From positions 128,136-192,135 of the forward strand of contig WARV01000008.1 in assembly GCA_013387205.1 (NCBI GenBank): a stretch of DNA of 64,000 nucleotides, given 5' to 3'. The notes below the pieces were generated by a model, which had not been told where the DNA came from, made no database searches, and was given only the letters and a program-made list of their open reading frames with translations. Origin of the DNA: Patescibacteria group bacterium (lineage in GTDB: Bacteria > Patescibacteriota > Doudnabacteria > UBA920). Made by a program: the position numbers and the translations under genes. Shown here piece after piece: positions 20,419 through 29,852 of the stretch (position 1 is its first letter; each line of letters starts with the position of its first letter).

Positions 20419-21831
20419 TTACGCCGGTTGTTCCGGCGTTAAGGATTGCATCACTGCCTGCGGGGATGTATCAAAAGTCTTGTCCAAATTCCTGAAACTG
20501 GTCTTATCCGCGTCGAAATACAAATCTACCTGCCCGGTCGGGCCGTTTCTATGTTTTTTGATGTGGATTTCCGCAATGTGCGGCCTGCGCGCGTCTTTGC
20601 CTTTATACATGTCTTCGCGGTAAATAAACATGACCACGTCAGCGTCCTGCTCAATAGATCCCGATTCGCGCAAGTCTGCCAGTTGCGGCACTTTGTCCGG
20701 CCTGTTTTCCACGCCGCGGGACAACTGGGACAAGGCTATAACCGGTACGTTCAATTCGCGGGCCAGCAGTTTTAGCGAACGGGAAATTTCGCTGACTTCC
20801 TGCACGCGGTTGTCAGTGCTGCGGCCTTCCATAAGCTGCAAGTAGTCGACTACGATCATGCCGATGTTATGTTCGGCCTGAAGCCTGCGAGCCTTAGTCC
20901 TTACTTCCATAATATTGCTGCCGGCGGCATCATCTATGAATATAGGCGCTTCGGACAACTGCCCCATGGCTTCGCCGATCCGTTCAAAATCTTCGTCGTT
21001 CAAATGTCCGGTGCGGATTTTCCAAAGGTTAACATCGCTCTGCGCGGAAAGCAGCCTGTCTACCAACTGGTCCTTGCTCATTTCCAAAGAGAATATTCCG
21101 ACTGGAACCTTTTGGTTAACTCCAATGTGGCGCATTATGTCCAAAGCCAAGGATGTTTTTCCCATGGACGGCCTGGCTGCCAAAATGACAAGGTCGGATT
21201 TTTGGAATCCGCCAAGCAGCGCGTCCAAATCTATATACCCCGACGGCACGCCGCGCAATTTACCCTTGTCGCGATGCAACTCGTCAATCCTTTCAAACGT
21301 GGAATGCAGCACTGCATTAATCGGCACGAAATTCTGTTTTAACTGCTTTTGGGAAACATGGAAAAGCTTTTGCTCGGACTGGTCCAAAATATCCTCAATT
21401 TCTCCTTCTTCTTCAAAGGCCAGGCCGGTAATTTCGCCGGCAGCATTAATTAAGCGACGCAGGGTGCCTTTTTTCCTTACGATAAAGGCATAATGCGTCA
21501 CGTGCGCTGCGGTGGGAACCGCGTTTACCAGCTGAGTCAGAAAACTGACTCCTCCGGCGGCTTCCAATTTTTTATGTTCTTCCAGCCAGTTGGTGACGGT
21601 CAAAATATCAATTGAAGTGTTTTTTTCATAAAGCGCTACAATGGCCTCGTAGATAATTTGGTTTCTCTTGTCGTAAAAATCATCGGCATTAATCAAATCC
21701 GCAATTTTAATAATCGCATCTTTATCAAGCATAAGGCAGCCGAGAACCGAATTCTCAGCCTCTAAGTTTTGCGGCGGCACCCTTTGGATTATCGAAGTTT
21801 CCGGCATATTATTATTTGTTATTAAGACCAC
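20419..21831 (-). CDS. dnaB: replicative DNA helicase DnaB
   Basis: N-terminal domain PPQNLEAENSVLGCLMLD, Walker A ARPSMGKTSLAL, RecA-like core; 470 aa, no intein. Confidence 0.95.
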   Translation of the reverse strand: MVLITNNNMPETSIIQRVPPQNLEAENSVLGCLMLDKDAIIKIADLINADDFYDKRNQIIYEAIVALYEKNTSIDILTVTNWLEEHKKLEAAGGVSFLTQLVNAVPTAAHVTHYAFIVRKKGTLRRLINAAGEITGLAFEEEGEIEDILDQSEQKLFHVSQKQLKQNFVPINAVLHSTFERIDELHRDKGKLRGVPSGYIDLDALLGGFQKSDLVILAARPSMGKTSLALDIMRHIGVNQKVPVGIFSLEMSKDQLVDRLLSAQSDVNLWKIRTGHLNDEDFERIGEAMGQLSEAPIFIDDAAGSNIMEVRTKARRLQAEHNIGMIVVDYLQLMEGRSTDNRVQEVSEISRSLKLLARELNVPVIALSQLSRGVENRPDKVPQLADLRESGSIEQDADVVMFIYREDMYKGKDARRPHIAEIHIKKHRNGPTGQVDLYFDADKTSFRNLDKTFDTSPQAVMQSLTPEQPA

Positions 21832-21996
21832 TGATACGCAGATAATCGCTGATTACACTAATGTTTCTAATCTGTGTTATCTGTGCCATCAGTGTATCTG
21901 TGGATATATTTATTGTAGTTTTAATCTTAATTTCAGGCAATTCACAGGCAGGGGATACTGTGGATATGTAAATCCGCCAGTCGGCGGAGATGGTTT

Positions 21997-23046
21997 TTAC
22001 GCCAAAATGCTAATATTTTTAAGGATACCATCTAACTGTTCAAGACTATTTACCTGGCTTAATTCTTTGCGAAGTTCAGAGGCATTCGGAAAACCCTTAA
22101 AATACCAAAGCAGGTGTTTTCTAAGTTCAAGCATACCTCTGTCGCCCTTATATCGGTACACAAGGTGCGCCTGGTCCATTATGGTTTGGATTCGTGTCTG
22201 CAAATTTATTTCTGGCTTAAACTTCCCTTCCAAAGCGGATTTGATTTCTGCAAAAATGAACGGGTTGCCGAGAGAGCTTTGTGCGACCATCACACCATCA
22301 GCACCAGTGTGCTGTAAAGCCTGTTTTGCTTTTTCACCGGAATCTATTCCGCCGTTAATCAGCACGGTTACGTCCGTATCTTTGAAAAATTCTTTTACCT
22401 GTTTGCCGATATCCCAATTAGGCTGGCCGTGATGGACTTGCTCGTATGTCCTCATGTGCACTGTGACGTTTTCAAAAGGCGCGCCTTTAATGGCCTGTAA
22501 AAAATCCAAAGCCGTGACATGCTTGTATGAAGCGCGCAGTTTAATAGATGTCGGCAGATTAGCTGCTTCTTTTACTAAAGTAACAATTTTCTTTGCAGCC
22601 TCAGGGTTTAAAAACAAGCAGCTGCCCGCGCCGTTATTTATAACGCTTCTGGCTGGACAGCCGAAGTTAATGTCAAACCCGTCGGGATTAAACCTGTGTT
22701 TCAAGATTTTTGCGGCAATGGAAAAATGTTCCGGTGTCGGGCCGAACAATTGGATAATAAACGGCCGCTCTTCTTCTATAAATTCAGCGAGCCTGCAAGA
22801 CTTATCATCAGCCCATATGGCGTCATCCTGAGCACAGTGAAGCATCTCTTTATCTGATAGCGATAACGGATCTTTTCCGATTAAACTTTTTACCTTATAA
22901 TATAGCGCGTCAGTGGAAATAAATTCGCTGAATGTGATATCCGAGCCCCATTTTCTCGCAACTGAGCGCGCGGCAATATCCGTAACTCCGCTCATGGGAG
23001 CCAAGGCCACAACAGGCTTTTTGATTGTTTTCCAGGAAAAAGGCAT
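21997..23046 (-). CDS. dus: tRNA-dihydrouridine synthase (DusB-like) carrying an in-frame repeat-derived insertion
   Basis: ALAPMSGVTD..., FMN-binding TIM-barrel motifs (QLFGPTPEHF, NFGCPARSV, INGGI); ~24 extra aa (EMLHCAQDD...) relative to E. coli DusB spacing. Confidence 0.85.
   Translation of the reverse strand: MPFSWKTIKKPVVALAPMSGVTDIAARSVARKWGSDITFSEFISTDALYYKVKSLIGKDPLSLSDKEMLHCAQDDAIWADDKSCRLAEFIEEERPFIIQLFGPTPEHFSIAAKILKHRFNPDGFDINFGCPARSVINNGAGSCLFLNPEAAKKIVTLVKEAANLPTSIKLRASYKHVTALDFLQAIKGAPFENVTVHMRTYEQVHHGQPNWDIGKQVKEFFKDTDVTVLINGGIDSGEKAKQALQHTGADGVMVAQSSLGNPFIFAEIKSALEGKFKPEINLQTRIQTIMDQAHLVYRYKGDRGMLELRKHLLWYFKGFPNASELRKELSQVNSLEQLDGILKNISILA
22822..22848. repeat. B-module of GTCATTGCGAG family (GTCATCCTGAGCACAGTGAAGCATCTC) embedded in-frame in dus
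   Basis: 27-nt match to gtcatYctgagtgcaNccgaagRatctc; encodes EMLHCAQDD on the minus strand. Confidence 0.55.
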
Positions 23047-23221
23047 ATCTATTATATTATCTATAAATTATAGTAAAATCAACCCCCAAAAGAAACACGG
23101 GATCCGAAAAAAAATACTGGACCCCGACTCTTCGCCACGCTTCGGCCGGGATAAAAATAACATGTATACGCTCCTTGCCAAAATGGTCATTTTCTGGTAA
23201 AACATAGGTGCGGAGGAACCA

Positions 23222-23719
23222 ATGAACCTGATCATTGCGATCGTTTTTTGTTTGTTTTTTTGCAGCCCTTCCCAAGCCAGGGACGGCAACGAGTTAATGC
23301 AGGTACTGACCTCAAAGCTCGATGAAGTTGAGAAGGCGCTGGCCAGCTACAACAAATGCATGCAAGAGACAAATGCGTGCTACGGCATCCCTTCAATGCG
23401 CAAAAATGTGGAATCTTTCCTAACCGAATCGGTTGCCGGCCTTGCGCTGGAACTCCACAATGGATGGGAGGATTTCAACAAGCTAAACCGCTCACAGATT
23501 TCAACTCTAAGGAAAAGAGAGGCGAACATTGAAAACTACTTAAAGACGCTGAGGAAATACAAGAAACAGCTCGATGGCATGCTGAGAAAACAGCGAAAAA
23601 CACCGCCGCGAAGTTTGCGGCGGTTTTCTTATGCCGAACAGCTTAACTCGTTAAACTTTTTTAATATTTTATTGTCTTTTCTAAAGTCTTTAAACTTCTG
23701 CCAATTCTTCCTAATTTGA
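23222..23719 (+). CDS. hypothetical secreted protein (signal peptide)
   Basis: SD ggaggaacc before ATG; N-terminal signal-like segment MNLIIAIVFCLFFCSPSQA; C-terminal end runs into terminator hairpin. Confidence 0.45.
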   Translation: MNLIIAIVFCLFFCSPSQARDGNELMQVLTSKLDEVEKALASYNKCMQETNACYGIPSMRKNVESFLTESVAGLALELHNGWEDFNKLNRSQISTLRKREANIENYLKTLRKYKKQLDGMLRKQRKTPPRSLRRFSYAEQLNSLNFFNILLSFLKSLNFCQFFLI

Positions 23720-23760
23720 CGGCCGTCAAATTAGGAAGAATTGGCAGAATATTCTTTTTC
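23697..23760 (+). terminator. 26-bp perfect-stem terminator
   Basis: tctgccaattcttcctaatttgacgg/ccgtcaaattaggaagaattggcaga + atattcttttt. Confidence 0.7.
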
Positions 23761-23854
23761 AGATCTTAGTTAGCATGGTTCATTTTCCGAGAATTGATAT
23801 TGACCGAAAAAATATCTTAATTTATACTGAATTAGTTTTTATGGAGGAATTATC

Positions 23855-24187
23855 ATGATTTCAAAAGAACTGGAGGGGAATTTAATGCCGATTTGCGGTG
23901 GAATTGTAGTCCCGATTTCCGACCATCTCGAAGACAGGCTGCACGAGGCATGCTGGAAATGCCTCAAGCAAAGCAGCGGCAACAACCTTTTACCCCTGGT
24001 AGAATTCTGCAAGGACAACACGAAGCCCTTAAACCCGCAGAGCAGAAAACATCTGATTCAGGAATTAAAAAGAGTTGGATGGCTTAACAGGAAAGGTTTT
24101 CTGTCAAAAATCTCCAGCGATGAAACCTTGCCGCCGCCGTGGAAGAGGCTACCAGACGCTTTTTTTGAAGTCCTTTCGACCTTTTAA
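23855..24187 (+). CDS. hypothetical protein
   Basis: SD tggaggaa before ATG 23855; 110 aa; no family recognised. Confidence 0.45.
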   Translation: MISKELEGNLMPICGGIVVPISDHLEDRLHEACWKCLKQSSGNNLLPLVEFCKDNTKPLNPQSRKHLIQELKRVGWLNRKGFLSKISSDETLPPPWKRLPDAFFEVLSTF

Positions 24188-24199
24188 GGTTCAATAAAA

Positions 24200-24231
24200 C
24201 CCCCAGGGAACGTTCCCTGGGGGTTTGTCTT
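24200..24231. terminator. bidirectional terminator between hypothetical gene and cysS
   Basis: cccccagggaacgttccctggggg + tttgtctt. Confidence 0.7.
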
Positions 24232-25621
24232 ATATATTTATTTTCTTTTTCACCTTCTGCCCTTCGGCCGTATCCATCACCTCGTATCCCAACTCTTCAA
24301 TCCGCTTCCTTAATTCGTCGGATTTGGCAAAATCTTTAGCATCCCTGGCCTGCTGCCTTTGTCCTAGCAAAGCCGATGCTTCTTCTGTGGGAGATGTTTC
24401 TTTAGGAGGATTATCCAAGTTAAACCCTAAAACTTTATCAAATTTTAATATTGAAGCAATTTTAATTTCCTTTGCTATTTTATTGTCATCAACAAGCTTC
24501 CAGACAACTGCCAAAGCTTGGGGAATGTTTAAATCATCATTAATTGCCTCTAAAAATTCTTTTTCGTATTCAGCTGCGCCTTCTTTGCCAGGTTTTACAT
24601 CCCTGATAAAATCAAATAATTTTTCCGAAGTATTATGCGCAAAAAGCATGCCCTCCCAAGTAAAATTTAATTGCGAACGGTAATGCGCGGTCAGGCAGAG
24701 ATAACGATAATCAAGAGGGGAGAACCCTTTGTCTTTTACATCATTCAAAGTAATGAAGGTTCCCGCGCTTTTTGCCATTTTGTTGTCATTAATCTGCAAA
24801 AACCTGCCGTGCATCCATAAATTAGCCAGAGGCACCCCAAAAGCGGCTTCGCTTTGCGCCATTTCATTGGGATGATGGGTGCCAATATGGTCTTCGCCTC
24901 CGGTGTGAATATCGAATGGCTGTCCTAATTCCTGCCTGGAAATTGCGGAGCATTCAATGTGCCACCCTGGGAAACCTTCACCCCATGGCGACGGCCAGTG
25001 TAAAATATGATTTTTATAACGGCCTGCCAAAAAGAACCATAAAGCAAAATCGGCCGGATTCTTTTTCTTTAAATCCACTACAACATCCCCGCGCGCGCCA
25101 GTTTGTTTATCCGACAATTTTTGCCCGGATAATTTTCCGTAATCCGGTAATTTGGAAGTATCAAAGTAAATCGCAGATTCATCACGGTAAGTATAGCCTT
25201 TTTGTTCTAAAATCTTGATAATTTCTATTTGGGAAGGAATAGCTTCTGTTGCCCGAACAACTTTACCAGGCATCTCGATATTTAAATCTTTTAAATCCGA
25301 GAAAAATCTCTGCTCATAGAATTTTGCAATTTCCAGAGGGGATTTGCCTTCGCGCCTGGCGCCAACGTCTATTTTATCTTCACCTTCGTCGCCATCGCCG
25401 ACCAAATGGCCGACATCTGTCACGTTCATGACATGCTTTACCTGATAGCCGTTGTATTCCAAAACGCGGCGCAGTAAATCTTCAAAAATATAGGTGCGCA
25501 AATTCCCGATATGGGCAAAATTATAAACCGTGGGGCCGCAAGTGTAGAGCCGGACTTGAGTTTTATCAATCGGCTTAAAATCCTCAAGTTGTCTTGATAA
25601 CGTATTATAAAATTTAATCAT
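24230..25621 (-). CDS. cysS: cysteine--tRNA ligase
   Basis: HIGN (NFAHIGNLRTY), KMAKS-like (NDNKMAKSAG), zinc-binding Cys, DALR C-domain; 463 aa. Confidence 0.95.
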   Translation of the reverse strand: MIKFYNTLSRQLEDFKPIDKTQVRLYTCGPTVYNFAHIGNLRTYIFEDLLRRVLEYNGYQVKHVMNVTDVGHLVGDGDEGEDKIDVGARREGKSPLEIAKFYEQRFFSDLKDLNIEMPGKVVRATEAIPSQIEIIKILEQKGYTYRDESAIYFDTSKLPDYGKLSGQKLSDKQTGARGDVVVDLKKKNPADFALWFFLAGRYKNHILHWPSPWGEGFPGWHIECSAISRQELGQPFDIHTGGEDHIGTHHPNEMAQSEAAFGVPLANLWMHGRFLQINDNKMAKSAGTFITLNDVKDKGFSPLDYRYLCLTAHYRSQLNFTWEGMLFAHNTSEKLFDFIRDVKPGKEGAAEYEKEFLEAINDDLNIPQALAVVWKLVDDNKIAKEIKIASILKFDKVLGFNLDNPPKETSPTEEASALLGQRQQARDAKDFAKSDELRKRIEELGYEVMDTAEGQKVKKKINI

Positions 25622-25650
25622 ATAATCATTTTATCAGATGGCACAAAAAA

Positions 25651-25674
25651 AGTCATTCGGATATCCGAATGACT
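25651..25674. repeat. perfect palindrome AGTCATTCGGAT|ATCCGAATGACT (ATTCGGAT family) between kefB-like 3' end and cysS start
   Basis: agtcattcggatatccgaatgact. Confidence 0.4.
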
Positions 25675-25680
25675 AAAAAC

Positions 25681-27399
25681 TTAACCTACTTTATGGCCCA
25701 AAACATGCAAATGGCGCTCTTTGAGTTTTTTAAGGCCCTTGTAACCCTGGCCGTCTTCCAAAATCTTCGCCAGATGCAGCCCGCCCATGAAGTGCGGGGA
25801 GATGACGTAATCTATATTCTGCTCATACAAATATTTAATTTCCGCTTCATCCTGGGCAATAAAAATAAGTTTAGGCCGGGATCTTTTAAGTCCGGTTTTC
25901 CTTTTAACAGTGTCGAGCAAAGACAAGTTGTCGTTCAAGTCGGGAACGGTGGAGATAATTAGCTTGGCATAGGGCAGATTAATCTGTTCTTGGATATACG
26001 GGTCAGTAATGTCCCCGCAAACTGCCAGAGTGCCGTTTTCCACAAGCAACTCAACGATTTCCGGATTAAAATCCACGACCACAAAAGTTTTTTTCTGTTT
26101 GCTTAAAGAATCTATTAAGTGCTTGCCCATCCGATGCGCGCCGACTAATATAACATGATCCTTAAGCTCAACCGTGTGCAGATTTTTTTCCGCTGAGCCT
26201 TTGAAGAAATCAAAATATTTTAAAAAGAACTTTAATTTTTCGTAAATATTCTGGGCATACAAAATCATGTATGAAGAAATGGTGATTGTTAAAATGCCGA
26301 TTAAAGTAACCAGGCCTACTTCTGTCTGGCTTAAAATGCCAATCTTCTGTCCAAGCGCGACTAAAATTAGGCTAAACTCGGAAATTTGCGCCACTGTCAC
26401 GCCTGCCAAAAAACCCGTCCTGGGCTTGTAGCCCTGCAGCGCCAAAAGCAGCAATACAATTAATGGGTTGCCGATAAGCACGAACAAAGAAAGGACAATT
26501 GCCGGCCAGGTCATGCTGGCCATATCTTTAAAGACTAACTGCGAACCTAAGACAATGAAAAACAGGATAATGAAAAAGTCGCGTAAAGATTTTATCCTGG
26601 CGCTTATTTCGTAATGCATGGCGCTACGGGCCAAGGCAATGCCTGCCAAAAACCCTCCTATCTCCAGGCTAAAACCAATAAACGGCTGGGAGACAAAAGC
26701 CGCAAGCCCCAAAGCCCAAGAAAGAGCAAAAACCAAAAGCAGCTCGTCATTTTTGCCAATGTAGCCCATAATTTTTGGGAAAAATTTTGTAGACACCCAG
26801 AAAACCAAAAGGGCTAAAATAAGGCCGCGGACAATTGTTAAAATAATATTTTGCCAAGCCGGTAAGCTGGAATACAAACTGAAAGTTTGCCCGGAAGTGC
26901 TGGATAGGGAAATCAGCATTAAAATTGCAATAAAATCCTGGATTAAAAATATCCCAACCACGATTTTCCCGTAAAGGCTCTGCATGTCTTTCTTTTCTGT
27001 GAGCAGCTTAACCACGATTATGGTGGAAGAAAAAGTCAAAGCAGGAGCGATAAACAAAGAAACAGCATTGGAAAAACCTAAAAGCTTCAAAATAAAAAAT
27101 CCGATTGATGTAGTAATCACCACCTGGCCAAGTCCGGTAATTAGCGCGGTTTTCCCGAGGCGCTTGATTTGGGAAATATCCAATTCCAAACCAACCATAA
27201 ACAACAGCAGAGTTATTCCAATTTGCGCTAAAGCGTCAAAGACTTCGGACTGGCGAAGCTGGTAATACCCAAGCGGACCAATAACAAGGCCGGTAATGAT
27301 GTAAGCAATAATGCTGGGCTGCTTGAAAAAACTGACAACGACAGCTATAAGCCCTGCCAGGATCAATAAAATTGTCAATTCAAAAAATATATTGTTCAC
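25681..27399 (-). CDS. monovalent cation:proton antiporter (CPA2/Kef-type) with C-terminal TrkA-N (RCK) domain
   Basis: 12-13 TM Na_H_Exchanger-like domain, then Rossmann-like HVILVGAHRMGKHLIDSL...VVVDFNPE. Confidence 0.8.
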   Translation of the reverse strand: MNNIFFELTILLILAGLIAVVVSFFKQPSIIAYIITGLVIGPLGYYQLRQSEVFDALAQIGITLLLFMVGLELDISQIKRLGKTALITGLGQVVITTSIGFFILKLLGFSNAVSLFIAPALTFSSTIIVVKLLTEKKDMQSLYGKIVVGIFLIQDFIAILMLISLSSTSGQTFSLYSSLPAWQNIILTIVRGLILALLVFWVSTKFFPKIMGYIGKNDELLLVFALSWALGLAAFVSQPFIGFSLEIGGFLAGIALARSAMHYEISARIKSLRDFFIILFFIVLGSQLVFKDMASMTWPAIVLSLFVLIGNPLIVLLLLALQGYKPRTGFLAGVTVAQISEFSLILVALGQKIGILSQTEVGLVTLIGILTITISSYMILYAQNIYEKLKFFLKYFDFFKGSAEKNLHTVELKDHVILVGAHRMGKHLIDSLSKQKKTFVVVDFNPEIVELLVENGTLAVCGDITDPYIQEQINLPYAKLIISTVPDLNDNLSLLDTVKRKTGLKRSRPKLIFIAQDEAEIKYLYEQNIDYVISPHFMGGLHLAKILEDGQGYKGLKKLKERHLHVLGHKVG

Positions 27400-27490
27400 T
27401 TTGTTTCAGTTCCGTTTTTGATTTATGTTATTATAACATGCTTTGTTGCAAAAAACAAAAAAATAAGTTAAAATATAGGAAATTAGTATT

Positions 27491-27605
27491 GTCATTGCGA
27501 GAAGCCCGCAGGGCGACGTGGCAATCTAATCCTAAATCGAGATCCTTCGGATGCACTCAGGATGACGCCTGTGGCGCCAGATCAGATGCATTCGCCCGCA
27601 ATGAC
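27491..27605. repeat. GTCATTGCGAG-family repeat, copy 2 (A + inverted B + inverted A-end), immediately upstream of adk start
   Basis: gtcattgcgagaagc...ggcaatc ; gagatccttcggatgcactcaggatgac ; ...cgcccgcaatgac. Confidence 0.7.
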
Positions 27606-27615
27606 ATCAAAAATT

Positions 27616-28188
27616 ATGAACCTAAATACCATCTTCTTCATTGGCCCGCAAGGAAGCGGCAAAGGCACTCAGGCTAAAATACTGGCAAAAAGGCTGGATT
27701 TTTTTTATTGGGAAATGGGCGGTATTTTCCGCGGAATGGCCAATGAAACATCCGAATTTGCCAAAAAAGTTACTAGCATGATTAACCAGGGAATTTTGCT
27801 TCCGGATGATATTTTATTGGAGGTAGTAAAATCCAAATTGAACGAAATGCGGGCTGACAAAGGAGTGATTTTTGACGGCATTCCCAGAAGAATCGGCCAG
27901 GCGGAGTTTTTACTCCAGGCCCTAAAAGACCAGGGCAGAACCGTCTTTACCACCCTGTTTATCGATATTCCCAAAGAAGAAACTTTGTCCAGGCTGCTTA
28001 AACGGGCAGAAATAGAAAAGCGGGCTGATGACACCAAGGAAAAAATTGAATTTCGATTGGAGCAATATTATAAAGATACTGTGCCGGTATTAGATTTCCT
28101 GAAAGCCAACTCAGAATTTTTTACGATTGACGGCACACCGGCAATTGATGAAGTTACAAAAAAAATTGACAAAACATTAGGATTATAG
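27616..28188 (+). CDS. adk: adenylate kinase (short-LID type)
   Basis: P-loop FFIGPQGSGKGTQA, NMP-binding, IFDGIPRRIGQAEFL; start set to ATG 27616 (track start 27562 lies in the repeat). Confidence 0.9.
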   Translation: MNLNTIFFIGPQGSGKGTQAKILAKRLDFFYWEMGGIFRGMANETSEFAKKVTSMINQGILLPDDILLEVVKSKLNEMRADKGVIFDGIPRRIGQAEFLLQALKDQGRTVFTTLFIDIPKEETLSRLLKRAEIEKRADDTKEKIEFRLEQYYKDTVPVLDFLKANSEFFTIDGTPAIDEVTKKIDKTLGL

Positions 28189-28191
28189 CCA

Positions 28192-28803
28192 ATGAAAAAA
28201 GATCAACCTTTAAACATAATACTTCTTGGTGACCCAGCTGCGGGCAAAGCAACGCACGCGGTTTATCTTTGCAAAAAATATAACATGTTCGATTTAGACA
28301 TGGGCAAAGAATTGCGCCAAATGAAAGCACGCGATAAGAAATTCGCGGACAAAATCAAGCACACTGAGGGTAAAGGCAATTTAACGCAAACAAACATTGT
28401 CAGGGATATCTTAAAACAAAAAATCTTTAGTATACCTAAAAGCAAAGGTATTTTATTTGACGGTACACCCAAAATGATCGGCGAGGCAAAGATGGTTGCC
28501 AAATGGCTAAAACAAGAAGGGAGAGCAAAGCCTTTGGTCATTTATATGTCAATTCCTATGAAAGAAACCGTCAGAAGAATGACTGATAGAAAAGAAGATT
28601 TTGCCGGAAAATTTGGCAAACGCGACGACGACAACAGCGCGGCATTAGAGCGCAGAGTCAAATACTATCGGACAAATATCACAGAAGTAGTTAAATATTT
28701 CGGCTCAATTTACAAATTCAAAAAAATCTCCAGCAACGCCCCAGTACCAAAAGTAAGGAAGGTATTGGTTGGGATGATTGATGAGTATAAAAAGACATTA
28801 TAA
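28192..28803 (+). CDS. adenylate-kinase-family NMP kinase paralog
   Basis: P-loop ILLGDPAAGKATHA, ILFDGTPKMIGEAKMV; 4 nt after adk stop; divergent from canonical Adk. Confidence 0.65.
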   Translation: MKKDQPLNIILLGDPAAGKATHAVYLCKKYNMFDLDMGKELRQMKARDKKFADKIKHTEGKGNLTQTNIVRDILKQKIFSIPKSKGILFDGTPKMIGEAKMVAKWLKQEGRAKPLVIYMSIPMKETVRRMTDRKEDFAGKFGKRDDDNSAALERRVKYYRTNITEVVKYFGSIYKFKKISSNAPVPKVRKVLVGMIDEYKKTL

Positions 28804-28805
28804 CT

Positions 28806-28888
28806 CGATCCGAATACAACGAATTAATCCGAATCTACGAATACACTACAAATACAGTATTCGTGGTTCATTCGGATAATTCGGATGT
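28806..28888. repeat. degenerate ATCCGAAT/ATTCGGAT repeat cluster
   Basis: cgatccgaatacaacgaattaatccgaatctacgaat...attcgtggttcattcggataattcggatg. Confidence 0.4.
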
Positions 28889-28934
28889 CCCAAAGGGACC
28901 CCTTCGGGGTATTCGTAGATTAGGATCGCTATTT

Positions 28935-29696
28935 ATGAACAAAGGCCTTATTAAAACCCAAGAAGAGATTGGTAAAATTGCCGAGGGCGGAAAAATCCTC
29001 GGCGAAATTTTGACGCGTACGGCAAATAAGGCAAAGGCTGGTGTGTCCACAGAAGAGCTTGATGAATACGTGGACAGCGAAATTGTTAAAGCAGGCGGAA
29101 CTCCAAGCTTTAAAGGCTACGGTTCGAAAAAAAATCCATTTCCTGCGGCTTTGTGCGCTTCGGTGAATTCCGTGGTTGTCCATGGTATTCCAAGCAAAGA
29201 CGTTATACTGAAAAATGGAGATATTTTAAGCCTTGATGTCGGAATGGAATACAAAGGATTTTACACGGATACTGCGGTTACAATTTCAATCGGCACGGTT
29301 AGCGAAGAAGCAAAAAAAATTACTGATGTCACAAAAAGATGCTTAAATAACGCTATTAGGATAGCAAGACCGGGCAATACCATTGGAGATATTAGCAATG
29401 CAATTCAAAAAACAGCGGAAGCGGAAGGTTTCAACGTGGTGCGCGACTTAGTTGGCCATGGGGTAGGATACGGAGTTCACGAAGACCCTGCCATACCATG
29501 CTATGGCAAAGCAGGATCTGGGATGAAACTAAAAGAAGGGATGGTACTAGCCATTGAGCCCATGGTCGTGGCAGGCGAATATTTTTTGGAATACCTACCG
29601 GACGGCTGGACCATTGCCACCAAAGACGGAAAACTTTCAGCCCACTTCGAGCACACCATAGCAATAACGAAATTTGGAAACAAAATACTGACTTAA
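28935..29696 (+). CDS. map: methionine aminopeptidase, type I
   Basis: pita-bread fold metal ligands (D...D...HGVGYGVHE...E...E); start at ATG 28935. Confidence 0.9.
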   Translation: MNKGLIKTQEEIGKIAEGGKILGEILTRTANKAKAGVSTEELDEYVDSEIVKAGGTPSFKGYGSKKNPFPAALCASVNSVVVHGIPSKDVILKNGDILSLDVGMEYKGFYTDTAVTISIGTVSEEAKKITDVTKRCLNNAIRIARPGNTIGDISNAIQKTAEAEGFNVVRDLVGHGVGYGVHEDPAIPCYGKAGSGMKLKEGMVLAIEPMVVAGEYFLEYLPDGWTIATKDGKLSAHFEHTIAITKFGNKILT

Positions 29697-29700
29697 AAAA

Positions 29701-29729
29701 CATCCCCGTAATTACGGGGATGTTTTTTG
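29701..29729 (+). terminator. rho-independent terminator after map
   Basis: catccccgtaattacggggatg + tttttt. Confidence 0.75.
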
Positions 29730-29740
29730 ACAACAAGACG

Positions 29741-29769
29741 AATGGCTCAACCGTGGCTTGAGCCATTTA
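29741..29769. repeat. GGCTCAACC-family hairpin, copy
   Basis: gaatggctcaaccgtggcttgagccattt. Confidence 0.6.
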
Positions 29770-29805
29770 AATACCTGATTTTATTGGTTATTTTAACATG
29801 TAGAA

Positions 29806-29824
29806 GGGCGGATACTATCCGCCC
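29806..29824. repeat. GGGCGGATACTATCCGCCC hairpin (second identical copy at 56196)
   Basis: gggcggatactatccgccc. Confidence 0.5.
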
Positions 29825-29852
29825 CTACAAACTACCCACTATAAACTAGCTG

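Noticed and set aside
23603-23630. Hairpin caccgccgcgaagtttgcggcgg + ttttctt inside ORF 23222..23719 as a premature terminator or frameshift site
   Set aside because: The reading frame stays open through it and the true strong terminator lies at 23697..23760. Without expression data I cannot distinguish a coding hairpin from an annotation artefact.
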